A stretch of DNA of 64,000 bases, from NCBI GenBank assembly GCA_963666515.2, contig OY762897.2, forward strand, positions 2,016,001 through 2,080,000, given 5' to 3'. The stretch's first letter is position 1, and the number at the start of each line of letters is the position of its first letter. Origin of the DNA: Candidatus Binatia bacterium (GTDB lineage Bacteria; Desulfobacterota; Binatia; UBA9968; JAJDTQ01). Under the pieces are notes generated by a model. That model saw only the letters and a list, made by a program, of their open reading frames with translations, made no database searches and was not told the DNA's origin. Position numbers and translations under genes: made by a program. Positions 55,442 through 63,935 of the stretch are shown piece after piece.

Positions 55442-56580
55442 GCACGGACCGCGATTTCGTCAGCGTCGACGACCACGTCCAGGAGCCGCCCGACCTCTGG
55501 ACCAGCCGGCTCTCCTGGAGCCGGTTCGGCGACCGCGTCCCGCATCTCGAACGCGACGCCGACGGCGCGGAGCGCTGGGTGGTGGACGGACGGCCGCTCC
55601 TCGGCGGCAAAGTAGCGGCCGCCGGCGCGCTCATGCCCGACCGGAACCGCGAGCCCCGGTGCTGGGAAGAGGTGCCCGCCGCTGCCTACACGCCCGGAGA
55701 ACGGCTCAAGGCCATGGACGCCGCCGGCATCTCCCATTCCGTGCTCTTCCCCACCGTCGCCGGCATGGCCGGAGAAGCCTTCGGACGGCTCGACGACCCG
55801 GAACTGGAGACCGCGTGCGTCCGGGCCTACAACGACTGGCTGCTGGAGGAGTGGGCTTCCGCCAGCCCGCGGTTCATCCCCCAGTGCATCGTGCCCATCT
55901 GGCCGCCGGAGGCCGCGGCCGCGGAAATGCAGCGGGCCGTGGCCAAGGGGCACCGGGGCATCGCCTTCCCGGCCCTGCCCATGCACCTCCGGGACGTGCC
56001 CCACGTGAGCGACCCCGAGTACGATCCCGTATGGAGCGCGTGCGAGGAGATGGGGGTGCCGGTGTCGCTGCACGCCGGGGCCTCGACGGAGTTGTTGTAC
56101 CCGGCGTTCTCAGGGCTCGCACCGGCCCTGTCCGAGGCCGTGGACGCGGTGACCCGGCCCATGTCCAGCGTCTACGTGCTCTCGCTGCTGTCCTTCTCAC
56201 GGGTGCTGCTGCGTCATCCGCGCCTGCGGCTGGTGTTCGCGGAGAGCGCCCTGAGCTGGGCCATGCTGTACATGGAGTGGGCCGACCACCAGTTCGAGCA
56301 CGACGGCCTGGCGCGCGAAGGCTACGAGTTGAAGCCCTCGGAGATGTTCCAGCGCCAGTGCTACCTCACCGCCTGGTTCGACGAGATCGCGCCGTTCGTG
56401 GGCTACCTCGGCGAAGACCACATCCTGTGGTCCACCAACCTGCCCCTGACCACCTCCACCTGGCCGCGCACCCGCGAGACCGTGGAGCGCTGCTTCCGGG
56501 GCGTCACCGACGGCACGAGAGAGAAGATCCTGCGGAGCAACGCCGCCGGGCTCTACGGCATCGAGCCCGCCGCTCAGTGA
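55438..56580 (+). CDS. Amidohydrolase_2 family protein (C-terminal Asp motif altered)
   Basis: VSVDDHVQEPPDLW, SVLFPT, RAYNDW, PVSLH, FAES, WSTNLP; ATGA overlap with upstream gene. Confidence 0.88.
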   Translation: MSTDRDFVSVDDHVQEPPDLWTSRLSWSRFGDRVPHLERDADGAERWVVDGRPLLGGKVAAAGALMPDRNREPRCWEEVPAAAYTPGERLKAMDAAGISHSVLFPTVAGMAGEAFGRLDDPELETACVRAYNDWLLEEWASASPRFIPQCIVPIWPPEAAAAEMQRAVAKGHRGIAFPALPMHLRDVPHVSDPEYDPVWSACEEMGVPVSLHAGASTELLYPAFSGLAPALSEAVDAVTRPMSSVYVLSLLSFSRVLLRHPRLRLVFAESALSWAMLYMEWADHQFEHDGLAREGYELKPSEMFQRQCYLTAWFDEIAPFVGYLGEDHILWSTNLPLTTSTWPRTRETVERCFRGVTDGTREKILRSNAAGLYGIEPAAQ

Positions 56581-56650
56581 GTTTGAAGCCGATACACGGT
56601 TGGGAGTATATAGTTTGAGCATCAGGAGCCCGTCCGAGTAGTCGAATTCA

Positions 56651-56724
56651 GGGGGCGACCGCGGGTCGCCCCTACACGTGCCCCAGCGATGAATCCCATG
56701 TAGGGGCGACCCGCGGTCGCCCCC
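56651..56724. repeat. Inverted REP doublet (REPIN/BIME-like, family B)
   Basis: GGGGGCGACCGCGGGTCGCCCCTAC ... CCAGCGATGAATCCCAT GTAGGGGCGACCCGCGGTCGCCCCC. Confidence 0.88.
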
Positions 56725-56751
56725 TGGCAGCTTCAGTCAAGGAGGTGTTTC

Positions 56752-57711
56752 ATGTTGACCGCAAAGGACCTGGGCGGAGTCATGGGCATGATGCCCGCTT
56801 TCGCCACCGATGACGCCACCGACATCAACGCGACCCGGACCGTCGCCGTGGACAACCTGGCCGAGGGGGTGGACCGGATCATCAAGGACGGCATCGACGT
56901 CATATCCACCACCGGCACCTACGGCGAGTGCTACAACCTGCTGTGGGAGGAATTCCAGACCATCACCACCGCGGCGGTGGACACGGTCAAGAAGCGGGTG
57001 CCGCTGTTCATCGGCGTCACCAGCCCCAACCCGCGCGAGGTGGTGCAGAAGATGAAGTTCGTCAAGGACACGGCCGCGGACGGGGTGCTGCTGGGCGTGC
57101 CCTACTACGAGACGCTGCCGGTGGACGACGCGATCCGCTTCTATCACGACGTCGCCGACCTGTTCCCCACCCTCAACATCCTGATCTACCACAACCCCGG
57201 CAACCACAAGTTCACGCTGCCGGTGGGGGCGTTCAAGGAGCTGGTGAAGAAGCCCAGCATCGTCGGCATGAAGGACAGCCACCGCACCACCACCGCGTTC
57301 ATGAACCTGCAGCGGATCACCCAGGGACGGATCAGCGTGTTCGTGAACCAGACGCAGTTCTACCCCTACTACGGCATGGGCGCGGCCGGCTGCTGGTCCA
57401 CTGAGGTGTGGATGGGACCGTGGCCGATCCTGCACCTGCGCAACCTGGTGCGGCGCGGCGAGAACGACAAGGCCGCGGAGGTCATCGCCGACATCAACAC
57501 GGCGAGCCAGGGCAAGCCCGTTCCGGGCGAGGGCTTCAAGCGGCCCGCGGAGTACGTGGACTACTGCAAGGTGGGACCCACCCGGGTGCCGTTCCTCAAC
57601 TTCCCGGACAACCAGATCGACCGCGCGAAGAAGCGCGCAGCCCACTGGCAGGAGATGAACGAGCGCTACCGCCCGCTGGTGGAAGCGGAGAACGGCCGCA
57701 GCGCGGCATAA
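56752..57711 (+). CDS. NahE/PhdJ-like hydratase-aldolase (DapA superfamily)
   Basis: MLTAKDLGGVMGMMPAF, TGTYGEC, LLWEE, IYHNP..HKF, VGMKDS, GCWS..VWMGPWP. Confidence 0.85.
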   Translation: MLTAKDLGGVMGMMPAFATDDATDINATRTVAVDNLAEGVDRIIKDGIDVISTTGTYGECYNLLWEEFQTITTAAVDTVKKRVPLFIGVTSPNPREVVQKMKFVKDTAADGVLLGVPYYETLPVDDAIRFYHDVADLFPTLNILIYHNPGNHKFTLPVGAFKELVKKPSIVGMKDSHRTTTAFMNLQRITQGRISVFVNQTQFYPYYGMGAAGCWSTEVWMGPWPILHLRNLVRRGENDKAAEVIADINTASQGKPVPGEGFKRPAEYVDYCKVGPTRVPFLNFPDNQIDRAKKRAAHWQEMNERYRPLVEAENGRSAA

Positions 57712-57798
57712 CCACCCCTGTGCACGCCGGGGCGGTCAACGGACCGCCCCGGCAACCCTCACCACCGAAACGAAGCAGGAAACCGGAGGATCACGAGA

Positions 57799-59001
57799 CT
57801 GAAGCCATCCCTCGGCGCACTGGTCCATCGCGGCTTCCGCCTGCTGTGTCTGGCCATCCTGGCCACGTCCTTCGGTTTCTACATCCAGCGGACCGTGGAG
57901 TTGTGGCTCGTCTACCAGTTGACGGGCTCCGCCTTCCACCTGGGCCTCACCGGCTTGGTGCGCGGGATTCCGGTGTTCGTCCTCTCGCCGTTCGGCGGGG
58001 TCCTGGCCGACCGCATCGACCGCCGCCGGTTCGTGATCCTGGTGCAGACGTGCAACGGCGTCGTGAACGCCGGGCTGGCGTTGCTGGCGCTGACGGGCCT
58101 GCTGGAGGTCTGGCACATCTATTCCTCGGCCTTCATGAACGCGTCGCTGAACGCCCTCGGCGCGCCCGCCCGCAACGCCATGGCGCCGGGACTCGTGCCC
58201 CGGGAGATGCTTCTCAACGCCCTGTCGTTCACGGCCATGAGCCGGAAGGTGTCGCAGCTTACGGCGCCGTTCCTGGCCGGCCTGCTCATCGTCTGGATCG
58301 GCTCCGGCCCGACCTATGCCTTCAACGCCGCCGTCTACTTTTCAGCGGCGTTCCTGGTGACGGCGATCCACTACGTGTCGGACGTGTCCGGCGTCCGCGA
58401 GTCTCCCTTCCGCAGCCTGATGGAGGGCTTCGCGTTCGTTCGGCGGGAGGCCGTGGTATGGGTCTCTCTGGCCATGGAGCTCATCACCGTCTACCTGGGG
58501 AGCCACCGGGCCTTGCTGCCGATCTTCGTGGCCGCCCTGGGCGCCGGCGCCCAGGGCTTCGGCCTGCTGCTATCGGCGTCCGCGGGCGGCGCCATCCTCG
58601 GCGTCGCCGTGATCATGTCCGCGGGCGACCTCCGGTACAAGGGGCTTTGGATGGCGTTCGGGCTCCTGGTCTACTCCGTCTCTCTCGCCATGCTGGCGCT
58701 GTCGGAGTGGTTCCTGCTGGCGATGGCCGCGGTGTTCCTGCTGGGTTTCTTCGAAGCCGTTCAGATGGTGATCTGCAACGCCATCGTCCAGGCCATGACT
58801 CCCGACAGGCTGAGAGGGCGGGTGCTGAGCTTCCAGCGGATGATGGGCGTGGGCGGCACCAGCCTGGGGGAGGCGCAGTCGGGCTTCGTCGCCGCGCTTC
58901 TGGGCGCCCCCCTGACCCTGATCGCGGGCGCCGCCATCTGTTTCGGCACGACCCTGAGCCTCCTGACCTTCAAGAAGGAAGTCCGGAAAGCGGATTTGTG
59001 A
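57799..59001 (+). CDS. MFS transporter (DHA3/EntS-like); probable non-canonical start
   Basis: LVHRGFRLL...WLVYQLTGS, GGVLADRIDRRR, PDRLRGRV; TM1 lies upstream of the first GTG (57895); GGAGGA precedes CTG 57799. Confidence 0.8.
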   Translation: MKPSLGALVHRGFRLLCLAILATSFGFYIQRTVELWLVYQLTGSAFHLGLTGLVRGIPVFVLSPFGGVLADRIDRRRFVILVQTCNGVVNAGLALLALTGLLEVWHIYSSAFMNASLNALGAPARNAMAPGLVPREMLLNALSFTAMSRKVSQLTAPFLAGLLIVWIGSGPTYAFNAAVYFSAAFLVTAIHYVSDVSGVRESPFRSLMEGFAFVRREAVVWVSLAMELITVYLGSHRALLPIFVAALGAGAQGFGLLLSASAGGAILGVAVIMSAGDLRYKGLWMAFGLLVYSVSLAMLALSEWFLLAMAAVFLLGFFEAVQMVICNAIVQAMTPDRLRGRVLSFQRMMGVGGTSLGEAQSGFVAALLGAPLTLIAGAAICFGTTLSLLTFKKEVRKADL

Positions 59002-59044
59002 TAGTGGAGATACACCTCTCTCTTGTCGGGAAGGAGATACGGCC

Positions 59045-59887
59045 ATGATGGTTTGTCCTTACGATGACGAACGCCTGCTTCTGATCCTTCAGGTGGATCA
59101 CTCCCGGGTGACCGGGTGGCTGGCGGCCCACTGGGGCAACGACACGTTCGCGCGACCCGCGCCCTACGCAGCCATGGTGCTTGCGGCCCAGGAGCACGAT
59201 ACCGGGTGGTGGGACTGGGAGATCAAGCCGCAGCTCAGCAATGAGGGCAAGCCGCCCGACTACATCGGCAGCATCCGGCACCTGGGCATGGGGGTCTGGC
59301 TGGAGTTCTACCGGAACGGCATCACGCGGCTGGCGGAGCAGGACGCCTACGCCGGCTATATCGTCTCGCTGCACGCCGAGGCATTGCTGAGCCAGGGCAA
59401 GGGCCTGCTCTCCTACATGCCCGACTATACGGTCCACCCCGAGGTCCGGGAGTTCCTGCGCGAGCAGGAAGGCTACCGCGACAGGCTGATGACGAGGATG
59501 AAGGAAGCGCCGGAGTACCGCGACTGCGTGTCGGAGGAACGGCTCTGGACCAACTTCAAGCTGATGGAGATCTACGACCAGATGGGGCAGTTCATCTGCA
59601 ACCGCTATCCGTTCAATTCGACCCACCGCAAGAACGGTCCGAGCACCACGCTGAGCGGCATCGCGGCGCCGGTGGGTCCCGGCCGCGAGGACGCCGTGCT
59701 GACGTTCGACATCCGGGACGAGCGTAACGCCGTGGTCACCCCGTACCCGTTCGATACCGATCCGCTGCCGGTATCGTTCCAGGCGCGGCTGGTGCCGAAC
59801 CGCCGTTACGAGAGCCAGGAAGAGTTCCTGCACGAGTACTACGGCGCGGAGCGGCTGACCGTAGAATACGCGCTGCACTCGGACTGA
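59045..59887 (+). CDS. DUF3891 family protein
   Basis: QVDHSRVTGWLAAHWGN, AAQEHDTGWWDWE, YAGYIVSLH, D.MGQFIC, VTPYPF. Confidence 0.8.
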   Translation: MMVCPYDDERLLLILQVDHSRVTGWLAAHWGNDTFARPAPYAAMVLAAQEHDTGWWDWEIKPQLSNEGKPPDYIGSIRHLGMGVWLEFYRNGITRLAEQDAYAGYIVSLHAEALLSQGKGLLSYMPDYTVHPEVREFLREQEGYRDRLMTRMKEAPEYRDCVSEERLWTNFKLMEIYDQMGQFICNRYPFNSTHRKNGPSTTLSGIAAPVGPGREDAVLTFDIRDERNAVVTPYPFDTDPLPVSFQARLVPNRRYESQEEFLHEYYGAERLTVEYALHSD

Positions 59888-59933
59888 CTCTCCCGCCCCG
59901 AAAAAACGCGCATACCGAGAAGGAGGCCCAGCC

Positions 59934-60257
59934 ATGTGGTATCTCGTGCTCTCCCGTTCCTTGCCCGAGAAGGAAGAACTCAAGCAACAAAACTACGACG
60001 ACCATCGGGACTGGTTGGAGGAACAGCACCGGGCGGGACGGCTGCTCTTCTCGGGACCGACGTCGGACCGGGCCTATGGAATCTACGTCATGCTGGCCTC
60101 AAGCCTGGGTGAAGCCAGGGACCTCGCGGGCCAGGACCCGCATCACGCCCGAGGCATCCGGACCATGGAAGTTCTGGAATGGGCCCCGCACCGGGCGTTT
60201 CGGATGGACGGCGCCACCATCGCCGACGTCGAAGCCATGGCGACGGGAGCCTCGTGA
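59934..60257 (+). CDS. YciI family protein
   Basis: DHRDWLEEQHRAGRLLFSGP, DP, EW; AGGAGG SD. Confidence 0.85.
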   Translation: MWYLVLSRSLPEKEELKQQNYDDHRDWLEEQHRAGRLLFSGPTSDRAYGIYVMLASSLGEARDLAGQDPHHARGIRTMEVLEWAPHRAFRMDGATIADVEAMATGAS

Positions 60258-60276
60258 CAAGGACCTGCGGGCAGGG

Positions 60277-61440
60277 TCAGGCGGCGTCCAGGTGGAAGAA
60301 GCGCACCGCGTTGCCGGCCAGCATCAGTCGCCGCTCGTCGTCGGGGACGCCGGCGAGCTGCTGTTCCATGACTTCCAGGGAACGGGGCCAGTGGGTGACG
60401 ATGTGGGGGAAGTCCGTGGACCACATGATCTTGTCCACGCCCACGTGGTGACGGAGCTCGACGCCGATGGGGTCGTCGAAATAGCCCCACAGCGCGTGCT
60501 CCCTGAGATACTCGCTGGGAAGCCGGTCCAGACGCTTGAGCCCCAGCAGCCTTTCGGCCCATGAGGCGCTGACTTTGTAGGCCTGGTCCATCTGCTGGTA
60601 GAAGTACGGGATCCACCCTATGTTGTTCTCCGCCCAGTAGATCCGCAGCTTCGGGAACCGGTCGAAGACGCCGTTCAGAATGAGTTGCGCGGCCTCCACC
60701 GCGCCGCAGTGATAGATGCCGTGACGAGCGATGCGCTGGAGGAAGTCCGGCGGCCGCTCCTCCCCCTGAGGCTCCTTGGGGTACTTCAGGAGATAGACCT
60801 CGCGCTCTCGCGTGCGCTGTGGAAACGACGTGTGGATGGTGAGCGGCATGTCCAGGTCCAGCGCCGCCGCCCAGAAACGGTCGTCCTCGGGCGTAGGGTA
60901 GTTCCTGCCGCTCGGATAGGTGTGCAGCCGGGCGGTCTTGAAACCCATGTCGGCGCAGCGCTTCATCTCCGCGACGTCTTCCTCCACTCCGATGTTGGGC
61001 AGCACGGCCACGCCGATGAGCCGGTCCGGGTCCACCGCGCAGAACTCCTCGATGAAGTAGTCGTTGAACGCGCGCACGATGGCCAGAAACGCGTCCTTGT
61101 CGCGGATGGCGGTGTTACGCGCCTCGGTGGCGTAGAGCACCTCGGCGTCGATGCCGTCGGCGTCCTGCTCCTTGAGACGCTCCTCGCCCGTGCCCGCGCC
61201 GCGGGCGTGGTCGAAGTCGAGAGCCACGGGACTGAACTCCTCGGGCGACTTGCCAGCGAACTGGTTGGTGCCGCTGTACTCGATGGGCTTGCCTTCCTCG
61301 ACGATGGCGTCCATGCCGTTGGACAGCTTGATGCGCCGCGGAGCCCGGTCGCGATACTTCGCAGGCACCCGGTGCGTCCACATGTCCGGGGGCGACTCGA
61401 AGTGGCTGTCCGCCGAAATGTACCGATACCGCCGGGCCAT
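60277..61440 (-). CDS. Amidohydrolase_2 family protein
   Basis: ISADSH, DADGIDAEVLY, RAFND, PLTIH, FDRFPKL.IYWAE, MWSTDFPH. Confidence 0.9.
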   Translation of the reverse strand: MARRYRYISADSHFESPPDMWTHRVPAKYRDRAPRRIKLSNGMDAIVEEGKPIEYSGTNQFAGKSPEEFSPVALDFDHARGAGTGEERLKEQDADGIDAEVLYATEARNTAIRDKDAFLAIVRAFNDYFIEEFCAVDPDRLIGVAVLPNIGVEEDVAEMKRCADMGFKTARLHTYPSGRNYPTPEDDRFWAAALDLDMPLTIHTSFPQRTREREVYLLKYPKEPQGEERPPDFLQRIARHGIYHCGAVEAAQLILNGVFDRFPKLRIYWAENNIGWIPYFYQQMDQAYKVSASWAERLLGLKRLDRLPSEYLREHALWGYFDDPIGVELRHHVGVDKIMWSTDFPHIVTHWPRSLEVMEQQLAGVPDDERRLMLAGNAVRFFHLDAA

Positions 61441-61501
61441 GGGCATCCTCCGCGTCAGATCCGGAAAAGAACGGTCCTGCGTTGCGCGCAACGCCGATGC
61501 G

Positions 61502-62683
61502 TCACCGCGGGGTCTGGAGCCACAGTTCCGGTTCCAGCCCCGGCCGGTCGGGATACTTCGCCGCGATCTCCCGCACCTTCGGGTGGTCGGCCGCGGTCAG
61601 GCGCCCGTCCTTGTAGACGTAGTTGTCCCCTACCCTGAGGCTGCCGCCGCGCATCTCGCCGGAGATGTGCATGAGGTACGGAAAGCTCTTGGTGGTGCGG
61701 CTGTTGCCCATGTGGAAGTGGAAGCTGCTCCAGTGGTGGTGCTCGACGAAGTGCCGGTACGGGGTGTTCGGGCACTGGTGCGGTTCGAGGATGGCGGACG
61801 GGTGCACGCCGCCGTGAAAACCGCGCACCTCGTAGGCGGCGTCTCCCAGGTACCTGGACATGAACTTGTAGAAGCGGGTGAAGGTCTCGGCCTCCTCGCC
61901 GCCCTCGAACTTGCGCATGTACCCGTCCTTGATGTGAACCCGGACCGGCTCCTTGAAGGGACAGGGCACGCCGATGTGCCGGCCCCAGATGACGCCGATC
62001 TCGTTGATGATGCCGATGCCCTCGGCGTCGCGCGAGCGGATCGAAGGAAAGACCCCCTCGGGGAACGGACGGTACAGGCCGACGGTACGATAGTCGGCGT
62101 AGTGCTCCGCGCCGAGGGGTTTCTCGACAATGCCCTCGATGCAGGACCCGTTGGGATGCTCCATGACCCACTTGGCGCCCGGCGTCACCAGGGCCGCGGT
62201 CTGGATGCGGATCTCCGCGACCAGCTCGTAGGGGGTGAGCCCCCAGTTGCTGGCGAGCAGCGGCGCCGTGGTGGCCATGTTGCGCGCCAGGGGGATGTCG
62301 CGCTCTTCCAGGATCTCCGGGATCTCCCGCAGCTCTTCCTCATAGGTGAAGTCGACGCCGTAGCTGATGAGCACGTCGGCTCCGAGGATGGCGTTGCGCA
62401 CCACCTTGGGCACGCGCCAGGCCTTTCCCGGATCGGCACCGTCCCCCCACAGCACGGTGGGACGCACGGGCGTGTCGGTCCAGAGCACATAGGCGTCGGC
62501 GCCGCGCTGCTGCACCGCGGCCTGCACCCACGCCACCGCGTCCTCGTCCACGAGGTTGATGCCGCCGTAGCTGCCGTCATGCACGGCGAGGATGAGCACC
62601 TGCATGCCGGGCTGAACGTTGGCGCAGTTGTCCACGAGGTCGTTCACCGCGATTGCGGCGTGTCTGGGAATCATCGAAGCCAT
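61502..62683 (-). CDS. Peptidase M29/aminopeptidase-T-fold protein (NicX-like candidate)
   Basis: LVDNCANVQPGMQVLIL N-terminus, PFPEG, P.RV.IKDG....EGGEEA, HFHMGN...HIS..MRGGSL.VG...YKDGRL. Confidence 0.6.
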   Translation of the reverse strand: MASMIPRHAAIAVNDLVDNCANVQPGMQVLILAVHDGSYGGINLVDEDAVAWVQAAVQQRGADAYVLWTDTPVRPTVLWGDGADPGKAWRVPKVVRNAILGADVLISYGVDFTYEEELREIPEILEERDIPLARNMATTAPLLASNWGLTPYELVAEIRIQTAALVTPGAKWVMEHPNGSCIEGIVEKPLGAEHYADYRTVGLYRPFPEGVFPSIRSRDAEGIGIINEIGVIWGRHIGVPCPFKEPVRVHIKDGYMRKFEGGEEAETFTRFYKFMSRYLGDAAYEVRGFHGGVHPSAILEPHQCPNTPYRHFVEHHHWSSFHFHMGNSRTTKSFPYLMHISGEMRGGSLRVGDNYVYKDGRLTAADHPKVREIAAKYPDRPGLEPELWLQTPR

Positions 62684-62736
62684 GTGAAGAACCTCCCGGC
62701 GAGAGTGAATCGGTTCCGCGTTCGCGAACCTAAATC

Positions 62737-62836
62737 CATATACATCGACGCGAAAAACCCTGTCAACGCGGTCTCCCGTCGCCCCTCCCCCGGCCGGCGG
62801 GCTCGCATTGACAGCCCAACCGGGAGTTGTTAGTGT
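62737..62836. promoter_or_regulatory. Divergent sigma70-like promoter pair
   Basis: + strand TTGACA (62808-62813)-17 nt-TAGTGT (62831-62836); - strand TTGACA (62766-62761)-18 nt-TATATG (62742-62737). Confidence 0.55.
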
Positions 62837-62910
62837 CGCGGCCAATCGGGACGGGTTGTGCCCGCGGTCCCGGCCCGCATTTCCCACCGGCCCCAAGAAG
62901 GGAGAAAACC

Positions 62911-63861
62911 ATGATCCAAGCCAGCGACATCCACGGCGTGATGGCCATGATGCCGGCCTTCACGACCGACGACGCCAATTCTCCGCGCGCGAAGAACACG
63001 GTCAACGTTCCGGAACTCGAACGCAGCGTCGACCGGGCGGTGCGCGACGGCATCGGCGTGCTCACCACCACGGGCACCTTCGGCGAGTGCCATACCCTCT
63101 TGTGGGACGAGTTCACCACCCTCGCCGACGCCACCGTCGCCACGGTGAACAAGCGCATTCCCGTGGTCATCGGCTGCACCAGTCTCAACACGCGCGAAGT
63201 GCTGCTCAAGATGGACTACGCCGCCAAGGCCGGCGCCGACGCCGTGCTGGTGGGCGTGCCCTTCTACTTCAAGTCCAGCGTGCCCAACGCCGTCCAGTTC
63301 TACTTCGACCTGGCGGACGAGCATCCCGAGCTGGGCATCTTCATCTACCACAACCCGCGCAACCACCACATTCACATTCCGGTGTCGGCGTTCAAGGAGC
63401 TGGTCACCAAGCCGAACATCGTCGGCATGAAGGACAGCCACCGCACCCCCATGCAGTTCATGCAGCTCATGGACATCGTGCGCGGCAAGATCAGCGTCAT
63501 GACCAACCAGAACCAGATGTACCCCTACATGATGATGGGGGCCGCCGGATGCTGGTCCATCAACGCCTGGATGGGCCCCTCGCCGGTGGTCCGGGCCTAC
63601 CAGGCCGGGCGCGAGGAGCGGTGGGACGAGGTCAAGGAGATCTGCATGGCCATGGCGCGGGTGGGCGGAAAGGATCCGAGCCTCACCGACCCGGTGGAGA
63701 GCAAGATCTCCATCAACGAGGCCGGCTACTGCTACGCCGGTCCCGGCAGACCGCCCTTCCGGGTGACCACGGACGAGACCCGGGCCGAGGCGAAAGCCAT
63801 CGCGCAGCGCTGGCGCAAGCTGTGCGAGACCTACCCGCTGCAAGCGGAGGCCGCGGCCTGA
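62911..63861 (+). CDS. NahE/PhdJ-like hydratase-aldolase (DapA superfamily), paralog of 56752-57711
   Basis: DIHGVMAMMPAF, TGTFGEC, LLWDEF, IYHNPRNH, VGMKDSH, GCWSINAWMGP. Confidence 0.85.
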   Translation: MIQASDIHGVMAMMPAFTTDDANSPRAKNTVNVPELERSVDRAVRDGIGVLTTTGTFGECHTLLWDEFTTLADATVATVNKRIPVVIGCTSLNTREVLLKMDYAAKAGADAVLVGVPFYFKSSVPNAVQFYFDLADEHPELGIFIYHNPRNHHIHIPVSAFKELVTKPNIVGMKDSHRTPMQFMQLMDIVRGKISVMTNQNQMYPYMMMGAAGCWSINAWMGPSPVVRAYQAGREERWDEVKEICMAMARVGGKDPSLTDPVESKISINEAGYCYAGPGRPPFRVTTDETRAEAKAIAQRWRKLCETYPLQAEAAA

Positions 63862-63935
63862 CGCGCGCGGGTCGGGTTCGACGGGCGTTCCGCCGGGCAC
63901 GGAGCCGGCAAAAGCGGACCGAAAGGGATACGAAA

